The notes under the pieces are model-generated. The model saw only the letters and a program-made list of their open reading frames with translations, was not told where the DNA came from and ran no database searches. Positions 38,466 through 51,260 of a DNA stretch of 64,000 nucleotides are shown one piece after another. The stretch's first letter is position 1, and the number at the start of each line of letters is the position of its first letter. Location: the NCBI GenBank assembly GCA_002633005.1, contig NMRA01000101.1, positions 558,001 to 622,000 of the forward strand, given 5' to 3'. The DNA comes from Phoronis australis (Eukaryota > Animalia > Phoronida). A program made the translations under genes and the position numbers.

Positions 38466-41400
38466 ATACCTGCATGTGTATGTGACGGAATCACGAGATA
38501 TGCATAGCGTTGTGTATTCGCTTGTTAAAAATCACGTCATTTTGACTTTTTGGACCCAGTCAGATAAAATTAAAATGCCAAAATTAAAAATAATCACAAC
38601 AGTTTAGCTGATTTCTGTGGTGATGCAGATTACCAAGCACTTGGAATATTATCACCTGGCTATGGACCAGCTTAATCTTAATGCTTCCTCGTGAGCAAAG
38701 GGAATTTTGCTAAATTCCCCTCGTGCGCATTTCTATTCCTAGTTGTTGCTCCAAATCTCGTCTAAACATCAACTTGAATACCGTAATGCGTGTGCCACTG
38801 AATCCCGAGATACCCGTAGCGCTGTATATACCATCACATGTACGTGATCAAACCACGAAATACTCGTATCGTTGTGAACCTACTGCAGAGACTTGTAACA
38901 ACTGAACTGATTTTTTCAACTCCTCTAATCTTTTTGATTTATTGCGTTCAGCGATGACGTATCTGCCACTTATGACGCGATTTGGAGACCCGCAATAGGA
39001 CTAAAAAAAGGTACAATCACATCAAAATTTCAAAAAGTTTGCACTTCTTGGATTTTTTCCATTCAAGTAACAACGGAGGCATTTTAGCATATCTGGATTA
39101 ATCGGTGAGCTCCGACAACGGTTTTACCCACCGTATGCTCCCGGACAGTTGAAAAGGATTAAGATTGATCAGTCTTACAACCATGAAACAATTTTCAAAG
39201 TGCTTAGTAATTTATAGCTGTGCGTAAATTTTGCCTAATTATTATTAATATTAGCATTATAATTATTATCATTAGTACTTTTGATTTTCAGCCAATTTTA
39301 TTTAACCGAGTCCAAAACATCAAAATTACACGATAAAGGTGGGGCTCCGACCAACTTGTACCAATGCCGTACCTTGGTAATGTCTGAATTCAGCCCAGCT
39401 TGACAGGTAATAGAGCCCACACGAACGATCCAGCTTTTCCATCATCCTGACGCACGTTGCTGTGTTTTATGGATGTTATCTCTATGTCTTTACAATACTC
39501 TTAGAGCCAAGCACCATAGATAAGGGGACTGTTGAAGATGTATCTCACGATTTATTGTAGGCACGATTTACTGCTTTTCTAAAAGCCATCGTAAGTCCCT
39601 CTATCTCTAATTGTTTTGATAAAGCCAATTCAATAACAGATTAGTAACATTAAGTTATGTATGATATTTGCCAATCACTGAGATGATACTAGGTTGTCTT
39701 AACTACAAATCTACGCTGCCATCTATTTCCTGAAGGTATTGAGGACTTGGATAAGGACTTTCCAGCCATGTCAAAATACAGCATTGTGAATAAAACCGAT
39801 ATGTCCCGGCAACAGCCACGGTGCTCCATCTGAGCTCAAAGTTCCTTGGGGCATCCCGCGAGTTACTGAGAATTTCCGAAAATAGATCCACAGGCGGATA
39901 TCGAAAAAGCAACCTTTCAGAAACGTCAAACGAAACCGAATAATTATACGCCCGGCGGGTGAATTGTGGGCCTATTTTTAGAAATTCTTGATATAACTCA
40001 AAACTGTCAATTGAATTGCCGCCCTCCACTGCGCGGATATTTGGTATTCTTTTATCATTACATGTACAAATATATGCACACATTATAGTCTGTCAAATCA
40101 AACGCGCTACCCTTTCATTGACTTGTTGACCACGTGGGGTCGTCATCGCTTGCAGTCCTATAAATCCGGGTTCTGAACTGCGTTCAAGGATTAATGGAGC
40201 TGTGTTATCTTTCTAAACTACTTATGAACAAAAGATTGTTATTCTTGTTGCAAATCACAGTGATTTCCCACGGCATGTATGTGTGTAGTTAAAACCGAAG
40301 TGTGGGGTCATTGAAATATGACTTTATTGTCTTTTGTAAGCGGTTACAAAAATACGAGTTGGCTATAGAGTACGGTCGCTTTATTTTTAGTCGTGATAAC
40401 AGCAACAGAATGACACGAGTGCCGGTAAAAACTAGATTCACAACACTTCTCTTCCTGTTGCTAACAGTCAGGCTATTCTTACCTAGGATTGTTCTGTTCT
40501 ATTGTCACGTAGTAACTCTCTAGTCTGGTAAATTTGGAGTTGTCCTTGCACCGAACTCACTTGACCGGACGCGCAAACCTGGCAAAGGCTAAGTGCGTGA
40601 TTGCATTCAGGAGCTAAGGCACTTTTTACATTTGTATTGAACTAATTTTAAGCGCCCTCCATTTTGTTTACTGGTGGTCAACCGGGTGATGATACTGGAT
40701 GCCGGGGGTACGCAATTAGTCTAATTTAGAGTTAAACAGTTACTGCTACATTCCGCAATACGTAGTGTTGGATTTCGATCCCAAAGTCAAAAAGCCACAC
40801 TGTACAAAGAAGTGATACGCGATGTATGCACAAGGGAAATATGCGCCAGGTAACTAAGTTTGTGTATTCTGCTTGCTGACCCGTCATCAAACTAATTGTA
40901 TAACGTAGTTTATTAGATGGGACGCAACGTTTTACTCGTGGGTCATTTTCTTCATGTTTCTGAATTCATGGAGAAAACTTTTGGAGACGTTTAAAAAATC
41001 GGCTAATGAACTCAGACTTTAAATTTAATAGTGCATTTTTGTCCACTTAATATTTGAACATTGAGATTGAATTGTAACATTTGCGTCGATGAAGATGCTA
41101 GGAAGGTACAAAAATATCTTTGTTCATGCCCATTGCTATTCTGTGTTGATGGAGTGACAAAATATGTTCTCAGTGTTAGAGGAATATTATTCTAGTATCT
41201 TTCATATGGCGTGCATTCAAAACAAACTTTTTTCCAAGAGAATGGCCTTGTGTGTGCATCATTGCGGTTTTCAGAAAAAAAATCACTCGCTCGGGGCTCT
41301 CGGCGTTCAGATAGTTCCGAAATTTAAACACGTGTTGCATGAGTTAAATATGCAAACTAAATAAATTAAAAGACAAACGGATCAGCTGACATTGCTTGGG

Positions 41401-41749
41401 AAATGAATAATCAGATAAACTCAGTCAAAACCCTTCACCGGATTTTAACATGCACCTGTCCAGTTGATCGCACTTGTTATCAGACCCACAAACAGCACCA
41501 TGCAGGCGTGTTGCTGGGGGAATTTTCCTCAAAACCTTTGCGCACATCAAAATAGTGGCAATGTACAAAAGGGTCTATTCTATAACAAGGTGCAAGTATC
41601 TTTCCTTACAGGTCAACAACATGTTGTAAGGAATGTTCCAGCCAGTGTATAGACCTGAATCAAGGTTGCGCCATCTATGATATCAACATTGCGCAAGCAT
41701 TATATCACCCAAATAAGGTTTTGAATGTATAGCGCGTGTACATTAGTTC

Positions 41750-42820
41750 ATGGTGTTGAGTTACCGTGTGACGGTACAAAAACTTCTTCGGTTCGGTTCT
41801 GTTCGGTTCTCAGATTTTCGGTTTTGTTAAATTTCGGTTCGGTACGTAAATCAAGATTCAGAATAAAATCTCATGTATTTTGTTTTGAAACAGTGTAGTT
41901 TAACAATTTAACTGGTTAAAAACAACAGACTACTAGTACTTATTTCAAATTCTTTTTCAGAAAAATTACCTAATCAGCATGCTTTGGTGGCAGTGAAGCC
42001 AGCTGTTGTTGAACCTAAAATAAAGAATTGGTTGCCTTGGTTCAGTTCTCATATGGGGAAACCGGAATTACGTCACATCCACACCCAGATCCAGAGCAAC
42101 TTGTGCTTGACTTGACTGCCATTAATTACAGTCAGATTTCTGTTTCAACCTAAATCCCAAGGCTACTTAATCACTGTCTGATCACCATTGTGCGTTACGT
42201 CGATACGCATTGGAGTTCCACTGTTGTTTTGAGATGCAACAGTAATTTTGTCTAAGCAGCAGTGTTGTAGTAAAAACAAATTGCATCTCACGACATAACC
42301 AGTGCCAATGGCAAAGACTTTTGTCGGCAAGGAACATTGGCTGGTAAAGACCATGGCTTCGAATCAGCGGACTCGCCATGATCGTACATGTACTTGACAG
42401 TCAGTGGCATAGTGGCATATATTGCATTGTATTCGTCTTTCATCCACCTGGTCACGAGTAAAATACTGCAACACCGGCGACTTTTACGCTTTCTTTGACA
42501 TGGTGCTCTGTTTACAATTCAATACCAAAAAGTACCTTTGTATTAAAATCTGGTTCCCAATATCTCAGTGAGTGGAAATGTATGGCTGAAAACCAGCAGT
42601 TGCAAATTGCGCCGGAGCCAAAGAAATAAATCACAGCAGGTCATTTTTTCACGTGAGTCGTTGTCTTGGACGAAAATATTGTAAATTATACTCGTTTTTC
42701 AAAAATAACAAACTTAAGGTGCTGTAGCGACCGTAGGTTCGGTACATCTGTAATTCAAGATTTCCGTATCCTTCCGAACCGTAACGAAAAAATCTCGCTT
42801 CGAACGGTATCACCAAGGAG
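41750..42820. mobile_element. Probable hAT-type element remnant with subterminal (CGGTT)n arrays
   Basis: Clustered TTCGGTTC motifs at ~41788-41845 and complementary CCGAACCG/GAACGGTA motifs at ~42735-42812. A weak, decayed minus-strand ORF lies between them. Confidence 0.4.
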
Positions 42821-44154
42821 TGTACGAGTATAGGAGAGTTCACTCCGCCATTTTACCATTCGCCGCAATGGTTACCGGTCGAAACACTAGCGCTCCAAGC
42901 GGTGAATAATCAATACTTACTTAGGAGCGCAGTCCGAACAATGTAAACACTGATGAATTCATACTTTAATGACGTTCAACGTGCAATAAAATTACTGTGT
43001 GATTGAAAATGGTTAGAATACGTAAACTAACATCCANTAGAGACTTAATTATGGTCCTTCAGATTTCAGTACATTTTGTGGATTTTGTGCAAATACAGAT
43101 CATCCCTTTTCTGTTATTCATTCTTCGTTGCTAGGTGAAGTTTTACATATAGCTTTGATACACAGCACAACAAAACCATACTTTTAATTCTCAATATTAT
43201 TGAAAATAAACACGGACCAGTTCATGCAACGTCCCTGATTTAAGGACAGGAGCTCACTTTTCAGACATATTGAAATATTAAGTAAAAGAGGAGCTCATAA
43301 TAAATATAAAATGTTTGTGGGATTTTTACAAGGACCACAGACTTCGAAATGTCTTTATATTTTGAAACAAACTCGACTCTCGGCTCATTTATTTTTGCCA
43401 TGCACTCATGCACTGAATGGCGAGATTTCTGTCGGATATTTCCAAGTGTATCGCTTTGTTCTCTACTCCATACCAAAATGTCCATGCGCCTGTCACATTT
43501 TCGTAAATGTAGCTAAACTTCAAAACGAATAAAAAGACTATTTTCACATGAAAATTTACATTTCGGTCACTTTCCACTTCTGGCATCAGCTCTAATTTGA
43601 GATTTTTTACAAAACTTGAGAGATACCAGGTGAGGACCTACCCTCATTGCTAAATCCGGGCAAATAATTGGTAGGAAATGTGTTCCAGATTTTGGTTTCA
43701 CTTTACAAGAGAGTTCTCGCACAGCATTCCGTTTTTAAAGTTAGTACTGCCGGACCATTGCCTGCGCAAGCATCACGATTTCAGAAAAGCTTACGATATC
43801 TACCGAACACCACGGGTGTTACGGTTAATGTGCATTTACAAATGAATCGTACCAGCTTTTGAGTGCTTCGTTCCATCGTTTTTTCCGAATCTGTAGGAAC
43901 AAATAATAAACATTTTTATCACTACTTGAATTAAATTTAATTGTGGGGTCAAACAAGAACAACAGCTTCTTTACTGAGAAGTTACATTGACAAAAGTATG
44001 TTCGGTACTTCATGCCAAAGTGACCCTTGGTCCCCGCTTTAAAAGTCAATTGGCAGTCAATGGCCTGTTTTTGATAACCTGTCATTTGGTTAGTGAATTA
44101 GTGAAATTTGGGAAAGCAAGAAATTGGAAATTGAGAGAGTTTATGGGGCCTTCA

Positions 44155-44375
44155 GTGGTACTTTGGAGGCCATCACATAGGACCTTCCTACTGAGGAAGT
44201 AGTACTATGGAGACCATCGCATAGGACCTGCTTTGGTGTACATGTATTGAGGAAGTGGTAATCGGGAGGCCATCGCATAGGGCCTGCCTCGTAGCAACAT
44301 TGAGGTCATCACAGAGGATCCGCCTCGTTGTACTGAAGAAGTGGTACTATGGAGGTCATCACATAGGACCTTTCT
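44155..44375. repeat. Minisatellite, ~5 units with core GTGGTACTATGGAGGCCATCACATAGGACCT
   Basis: The core recurs about 5 times with substitutions, separated by short, mutually related linkers. Confidence 0.8.
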
Positions 44376-45099
44376 CGTAAAGCATGTTCACATTTATTCA
44401 CCCTATTTCACGGCAATACGTTACCAAATTCGGTAGAGACAAACTCAAACAATGTGTAAGGGGCGCAGCATTAGTTGAAATCGTCATGAAATCAACGATT
44501 GTCGGGTTTTCTTCAATAGGTGCACATTCATCAAACTTCACGATGATTTTGCAAAGTTTTTGGAGAGAGGTGGTTACCAAAGCAGACATCAAAAATGACA
44601 AAAAGGACATACGATCGCATAGCACACCTGGGTCGAGTAAAAATATATACATTTAGGTGCCATGTTCTCTCAGGGATGTGGTCATTGACGGAATCGCAAT
44701 AAGGGTAAAATTGCAACTGTGCTTGGGACAGAGACCAGGTATCTCCGATATTTTCTAATTCAGTGTGCCTTGTTCTATAGAAGCTTTAATCAAGTTTTCG
44801 CGAGTACTTTCACCTGAAAATTTCATTTTAAAGTTTTCCACCTCGTTCCTAAGTGTGATTTATCAATGTAAAAAGTTACCGCGTTTAAAGTAGCACGTTT
44901 TCGTTGCCTATGAATTTTAGTGATAAATAGACAAAATGTTAAAATTTGCAGTTCGAACACAATGCGTCATTGTTGATAAAAACTTTGTCTTAGGTATTTG
45001 AACAGACACATTTATAAGTATTGGTCACACTGAACCAGTTAAAGAGTAAGACAGTGCAAAATAGCAATAAAAGGAGCTTTTTAAGCTTACTTTGAATCA

Positions 45100-45530
45100 C
45101 CAATGCCTGGAACGTTTTGATGTTTGTAATCAAACAAGTGATGAATGTAGATTTTTCAAGCTGTTTCAATATAAGGAGAATGAGAAGGACGGTGCATAAT
45201 AAAGTAGGAATTGTGAGGCGAATAGTAGAAAAAATTAGGACAAAAGCTGACATCAATTCTGGATTAGTTTGCGTCGACCCCACATCGCAATCAAGACACA
45301 CTACAATGCCAAAGAAAACAAGCCAGTTCAAAGCACAATTTCAGTTTGGTCAAACTCTGGGCAACTCGTCTGCCAACAATTTCTTCCCCTGGCCTCCTGC
45401 GGCTGTGGCTTATCCACAGTGAAGAAAAGTCATTCACAATCAGCAGAAAAACTTTTGAAACTATTCGGATGATCCCTGTGAAAATATAAGTAATACTGGA
45501 GCACAAAGCTGTGCGGTTCCATCTTCATTG
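45100..45530 (-). pseudogene. Probable OTU-like cysteine protease remnant (transposon-borne)
   Basis: Across frameshifts the minus strand reads DG..LCSSITYIFTG...LLIVN, AMWG...QLL and KIYIHH. This resembles the OTU motifs GDGNCLFRAxSxxxxG, WG..EI..LL and IxxxH...H in the correct order. Confidence 0.45.
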
Positions 45531-46787
45531 ATGCATACAACAGACAAAAAATTGAATGTTGATCAAATTTTACCAATTTTGATTTTGACCCCTGCGTTGT
45601 CCTTTTTTGGCCAATACCAATGACCCAATATTCCAATGTAATGCTTGAAAGTTTTAATTTTGTAAAGTTGTTTCAGTATTGGCGCCTTTCATTTATTCGT
45701 ATAAGCTGTGTTGTTCATGGAAATGTGTTCTCAGTACTATTTGATTAAAAGTTGTATTGGTGAAGTGTAAGCTTTCTAAGAGAGTCTAGAACTCTGTTTT
45801 TGGTTTTGATAAAGGCTGATGCAGTTCCATTAAATAGCATTTCATGCATATTGTCATATCAAACAACTAAATTTATTACGTTGGCAGATGCTGATATAAA
45901 TTACTAACTGTGTGCTGAAATGGTTGATGTTGTTGCAGAAAACGTAAGAACTACCAAAAGTGTAGTCAGTCCTTTCTGAAAGAGGTTATGTTGGTCCCAA
46001 AAAAGTACAAATTTGATTAACTTTGGAGCATCAAATCATAGAAATGTCTGACTGTATTCATAGAAATTGTTTCAGATACTATGGTGTATACACTGTTTTC
46101 CAAGTGCCGTTGGGAAATGTTCTTAAAATGTTTTACTTTTACATAAAGAGCTATAATAACAAATAGGACTTATGGTTTTTATTAAAAATCAAAAGATGCA
46201 TTAATCGAAAACGAAATGATACTTTGGAAAACTATAACAACGCTTTGGATATTTCATCATAAACATCTATATTTAAACGGAATTTGGCGAAGTTCTTGAT
46301 AGACTCCCATTAATTTGCTTTCAATGCACCTTCCTTTTTGCTGAATTTCACTAAAATGGCATGATCACATGACCTAAGATTAGTAAGAAGTCGAGAAATC
46401 CAATTCTACAGGCTTTCTACTTTAAGAAAATTTAAACTTTTACTCGGATAAAATCTATAGTTCTGTGGATATTTGACTGAACTGGCAAATTTGTCAGTAT
46501 GATCCTGCATAACATTAAAATGCCGACCAAGATTTGTCTTAGGTCCTTCTTACGGTACTTTTCCGCAGGCAAGCCCGTTGTCGACTTTTTGTCGTTCACC
46601 TCACCAACATGTTCACGTGATAGAACGATTTTAGCGTGTTAAGTATGAAAATGACAAGTAAAAATTTTTTCCAAGCCATTTTTTTATTTTAAATTCTTTT
46701 TTTACCTTGTTTGTTAAGCACAAAGGAAACTCCAAATACCATATCCCGACGTTGTTATTATTGCAAGTTTTTCTTCGAGACGCTACC

Positions 46788-47483
46788 TTAAAAGAACGGG
46801 TCAGACTCTTTCTCAAGGAAACCAACCTCCTGCAACACTGATGCTAATTTAAGTCTCGCAGTTTCGTGGCTGTTACCGTAAGCTTTAAACAAACATAGAG
46901 GCATTACAAAATCACTTAAACGACAGAAAATATCTTCAAAAGGATGAACTATACAGAAGATCTTTACGGCAAAATTGTTATCCCATTCGCGTGATTCAAT
47001 AGCCTTCCACGAACGCTGAAGTGCCTCTCCATCTCTTGACGGAAATGCAAGGTAACCAATCGCATATCTCCGTGGAACCAGTTTGAGAGCTGCACTAGAA
47101 ACATTTTGGTTACACTGCAACATTACATCAATTATAAACAGGTCTATGCCATAGACTGTCTCAGCAAATTGGCTTATGCCATACCCTCCACGGCGGGGAT
47201 TTATCTCGATCAGTCTCGGTTCTTTGTCACTTTCAGACCACATCAAATCAACGTCATAGACACCATTTTCAAGACCAATGGCTGTGCAGCAACAGTATGC
47301 AGTCTTGACAATCACGTTCTGCTCAACGCTGGTCATGCTTCCAGGCATGGACAAAGTGGTGGCGCGGCATTCTGGCATTTCCGGTTTACCTCTTTGTACC
47401 ACTACACCTCCTACCAAACTTCCTTGACAAATAACCACATCAACAGCATATTGAGTACCGGTTAGGTATTCCATGCATGCTAT
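46788..47483 (-). CDS. CARNS1: Carnosine synthase-like ATP-grasp ligase, last coding exon (exon 4, 231 aa + stop)
   Basis: Acceptor TTTCAG before 47483. MEYLTGTQYAVDVV...MPGSM...AYCCCTAIGLENGVYDVDL...PRLIEINPRRGG...VYGIDL matches the CARNS1-family C-terminal ATP-grasp. The symbol is family level; orthology is unproven. Confidence 0.88.
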   Translation of the reverse strand: MACMEYLTGTQYAVDVVICQGSLVGGVVVQRGKPEMPECRATTLSMPGSMTSVEQNVIVKTAYCCCTAIGLENGVYDVDLMWSESDKEPRLIEINPRRGGYGISQFAETVYGIDLFIIDVMLQCNQNVSSAALKLVPRRYAIGYLAFPSRDGEALQRSWKAIESREWDNNFAVKIFCIVHPFEDIFCRLSDFVMPLCLFKAYGNSHETARLKLASVLQEVGFLEKESDPFF

Positions 47484-48720
47484 CTGAAATCACATTGCCT
47501 ATCCTTAATGCCATGTACATGTACGAAGACTTAGTATTAACACTGCAGCTCCAAACCTCACAAAGTAAGCGTAATTTTTTGTGTTCTGGATTTCATCGTA
47601 TGCAAGTTGACTACTACCGCTTTGAGGTGGTGATGACGTAAAATCATTTACAAAACATATTGGACTATTTACGCTAAGGTATAGCCTGATGATATACATT
47701 GGAACGGCGTTTTGGTGTCATTTCGGCCGTTACGGCGTTCTTAGTGTCACATCATTCTCAGGAGAACGAGCAAAGGTTGCTTGCACTATGTTGTACAAGT
47801 ATGGTGGTCACTGATGAGCACTTTTTGAACGTTTAGAGCAAGGTGAGATTTGTCATGGACTCTGGAGACCGTTCGTTTTCCGGGCTGGTGCCCTAACAAT
47901 TGCACCAGTCATACCCTCGCTTAGATGGAGTTTTATCATGTGCCATCCTCGCATCGTCTCCACATTTGAGGGAAACGAGAGGTGAATCACACATTCATTG
48001 TATATGCAGTCATGGCGCAGAAGAAAGCGCCTACAATAAGACTCACCATGGATGCGGAGGCTAACTGCGGATGACCAGGAGTAGAGGGCAATTGACAAAA
48101 ATTTACTGCAAGTGGACAATTTACAGGGACGTGAAGGGAAATCCAGCCACACCATAAGTGTTTTAGAAGTAAACCGTAATTGAGAAAATTGTGCAATATG
48201 GGTGTCGTCGAAATTGCATATAACTTTGGCAACATATTCGTACTATAGAAATAGACACTAAAGCAAAATTATAGCTTTCAATAATTGTTGATTCCGTAAA
48301 AACCTATGGCCCCTTTGTTTCGGCTTAAGTTCGATGATGTATTTGGCAAATTTAAATCAATCGAGATTTAAGGACCTGCGACTATAGCGCCAAAATAATT
48401 GACGTTGGATGGAAGCAGGCCTTCGTGAACAAGAAGCGTAAAAGCATGAATGTAAGTGTAAACATCAATTCTGATGTGTTTATCGAAACTACACTAAGAT
48501 ACTCACCGCTATCACCATGGTAACTAGCCGTGATGTCGGTTTATAAAAATGCTAGCTCAGCAATTTTGAAATCATACGTTTTTATTTTGGTATACAAATC
48601 ATGATGCATGGTGTTCTTATGTAAGAGTGAAACACTACGTGTGTTTGAATTGTGTTTTTGAAATTGGTAATTTTCAGTAGCTCCACTGTTCGTAAGATTT
48701 TCGATAATACAAATCCATAA

Positions 48721-48879
48721 CAGTGGCGGATTTAAGGAGGAAATGGGGCAAGAGGACTATGCTCTCCTAAAATTCTCCCTGTTACATTTGGCATTCCGGG
48801 GGTGCGAATGTCTGACAGGCAAAATCCTGACTAATACGCTGCCCTGCCTCCCTAACTCAAAATTCTGTATCATTCCCTG
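48721..48879. mobile_element. Short MITE, CAGTGGCGGATTT family, 5-bp TSD (CATAA)
   Basis: CATAA|CAGTGGCGGATTTAAGG...CCCTG|CATAA. Related to 14438-14777. Confidence 0.65.
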
Positions 48880-50636
48880 CATAACTCATAACGTCAAATC
48901 ATAAATTATCTGCCACAAGTTCATGGAAGAGGTTTTCAATGATGAGCACACTTGTATGGCTGCCAATATCTCATCATAACTTGTGCTTACTTTGGTTGCT
49001 CGCCATCTTATGAAATAGTGATAGCAGTGTACATGTATAAACCTACGTGAATTTAATTTGGACACAAGAGAGAATTACCTGAATGTCATCAACTTTGTTC
49101 AATTTCGAGTACACAGATTACACCCTGGCCCCTGAAAGCAACTGCCAAAAACGTATCGACGGCATATGACTCCGTTGAGATGCATGTGAACATGGCAAAT
49201 TTTTTCAACAAAAGTTGCAAAACCCGGAGAAGAGGGGCAATTGATTCTCTCATTGGAACCCTTGCATGTGTGACAAGTGTAGAAAAAGAAATAAATTTGA
49301 AATTAGGATATAAAAAGTATTGATATCAAATGCTACACAATTTTCACGAAAGAAGGAAAAAGGTCCCCTGTCAGGGTTCCTAGAGAAATACATTCTCTAA
49401 TGACTTATTATAAAAATCTCAATCTGTTTGCTTTGTAAATGGTTGTTCATAACAAGTTTTCTCGGACTTTCTTGAAGTACGAATGGACACAAGCACGTTT
49501 TCTGGGGTCCACCAGAACAAAAATGTCCTAGTCAACGCATCCATTAATACTTGACAAATATTCTCTAATGTTTTTTAAGCATATTTTTATTTGGCCAAGC
49601 TTGTTGAAAAATATGTGTTTGATCAAGGTGATGGAGTATGTGCAGCCTATGGGAACTTCAACTGAAAGAGACAACATTATACCGAATCTCAGTAGCGTAG
49701 TTCGTCAATTCTTGCAGACCTTGAGAATAACAATTGAGAAAATTCCCTTTGGCAGTCACAGAAAAGCTGTTCGCAAGAAAAATCTGAATCACCGAATGCA
49801 TAACTGGGCCAAATACAATGACCAACTTTTGAAGCCAAAGCAAGATCCAGTTAGGGATACGCTATAGTGGATCAGATTATTTCTTTCTATGCGTCATTCC
49901 AGAGGCATATAAGCTGGTAGGTTTAATTATGCATTCAATGACACTTCAAAAGCTTTCAGTCGAGTATCAGATACTTTAATTAATGTCCATAGCAAAAAAG
50001 TTTTACAATTTTGCTATATAACATATTAAAACTGCATGTTGAAACAGATTTCTCTAGTTGCATTGCTCGGCAGAGCTATATGGTACGTTCCTCCATGTTA
50101 TATTTGTATGTGAACTAGCTCTTCAGAAAACCTCCATTCAAGAAGTGACATAAACACTATAAGGTCCGACATTGTCAATTTTACGGCCGAAAACGCAATT
50201 TAGGGAATACTGTTAAATGAGATTGACTTTCTTAAGTTATAATTATAACTAGACCTGAAAAATAATAAAATCAGTTGGTGCCCCCCACCTCCCCAACCAA
50301 AACAACTCCCTGCCCTGTGTACTCACTTGTCCTCATTGATTTCGCGGCACCATAAGGTCGTCTAATAGTACATCTTTCCCCGATCGCCACCAACTTCTTG
50401 CCAAACCCTTCTGCGGGTGCCGACCCTTTTAAAGGGCCCCCTGAATAGTCAGCCCACTGCCTGCCTACCCAGTTTGTGAAAAACAGTTTATAGGCACGTT
50501 CCGATGTCCACTTTGCTAAGGGAATGTAAGCGAAACTGTCTAGTACCCTATACAGGAATTTTAAACCAAGAGAACTGCATGGGATAAGCGATAATATGTT
50601 TTTTGAACTTCAAGTTCTAAAAACATTCAAACTTAC

Positions 50637-50849
50637 CTTATCTGAGGTCTGGAAAGCTTTTTTCAAAGTCTTGTTGTCTAATTCTTTAAAAGAATTAAAA
50701 TAGACTCTTGCATCCTCGACTGTATCTATTTTCTGGACACCAACAGATCCCTGCCCCGACAGTGGTTTCATGACCACGGGAAAACCCAGCTCTCGACAAG
50801 CATCCTCTAACTCCTGATGGGTGCTCACAGCGATTGTTTTCACTCCGTA
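50637..50849 (-). CDS. CARNS1: Carnosine synthase-like ATP-grasp ligase, exon 3 (71 codons)
   Basis: Acceptor TTTTTTCCAG and donor AAG|GTAAGT, phase 0/0. Encodes the ATP-grasp B-domain motif LGFPVVMKPLSGQGSVGVQKID. Confidence 0.88.
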
Positions 50850-51107
50850 CTGGAAAAAACAATACAGATTTGACCCCGTTGTGTTGTTGGCTGCGAATTA
50901 AACTCGTTAAACTTACAACTCTTTGTCTAGTTTATCTCTTTTTTGGCGCTGGTATTGCTTGAATTGTGTTGTCGCCTTTAAAGAACAACTCCCTGCCAGT
51001 AAACTAATATTTTCTTTACTCAGCTGGCTAATTCCTGAAATTCATAAGCTCAATCGACTTCTTAACAAGTTTTACTCGGCTGCATTACTATGTTCATGCA
51101 TCCTTCA

Positions 51108-51260
51108 ATGCCAACGACGTATTACTGCTAGCTGTGCTGTGGGCTGCAACTCCGATGTGAGAATGTTTGATAAAGTGGACAAATGCCCGTGCACACGGGA
51201 TCTGAAGTTCTTCGCCTTTCCGACATCAATGAGAGACACGAGCATGTGCTTGATTTCCAA
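51108..51260 (+). pseudogene. THAP-domain remnant (intron 2, antisense to the host gene)
   Basis: MPT...CAVGCNSD...CPCTRDLKFFAFPTSMRD fits the THAP CxxxGCxN...FxFP pattern. A TTTAAAGAAC terminus-like sequence lies at ~50977. Confidence 0.6.

Noticed and set aside
39703-40083. 126-aa ORF
   Set aside because: No recognisable motif, homologue in the window or convincing splice context.
44155-44375. CRISPR array
   Set aside because: Eukaryotic context, no cas genes, degenerate repeats and mutually related spacers.
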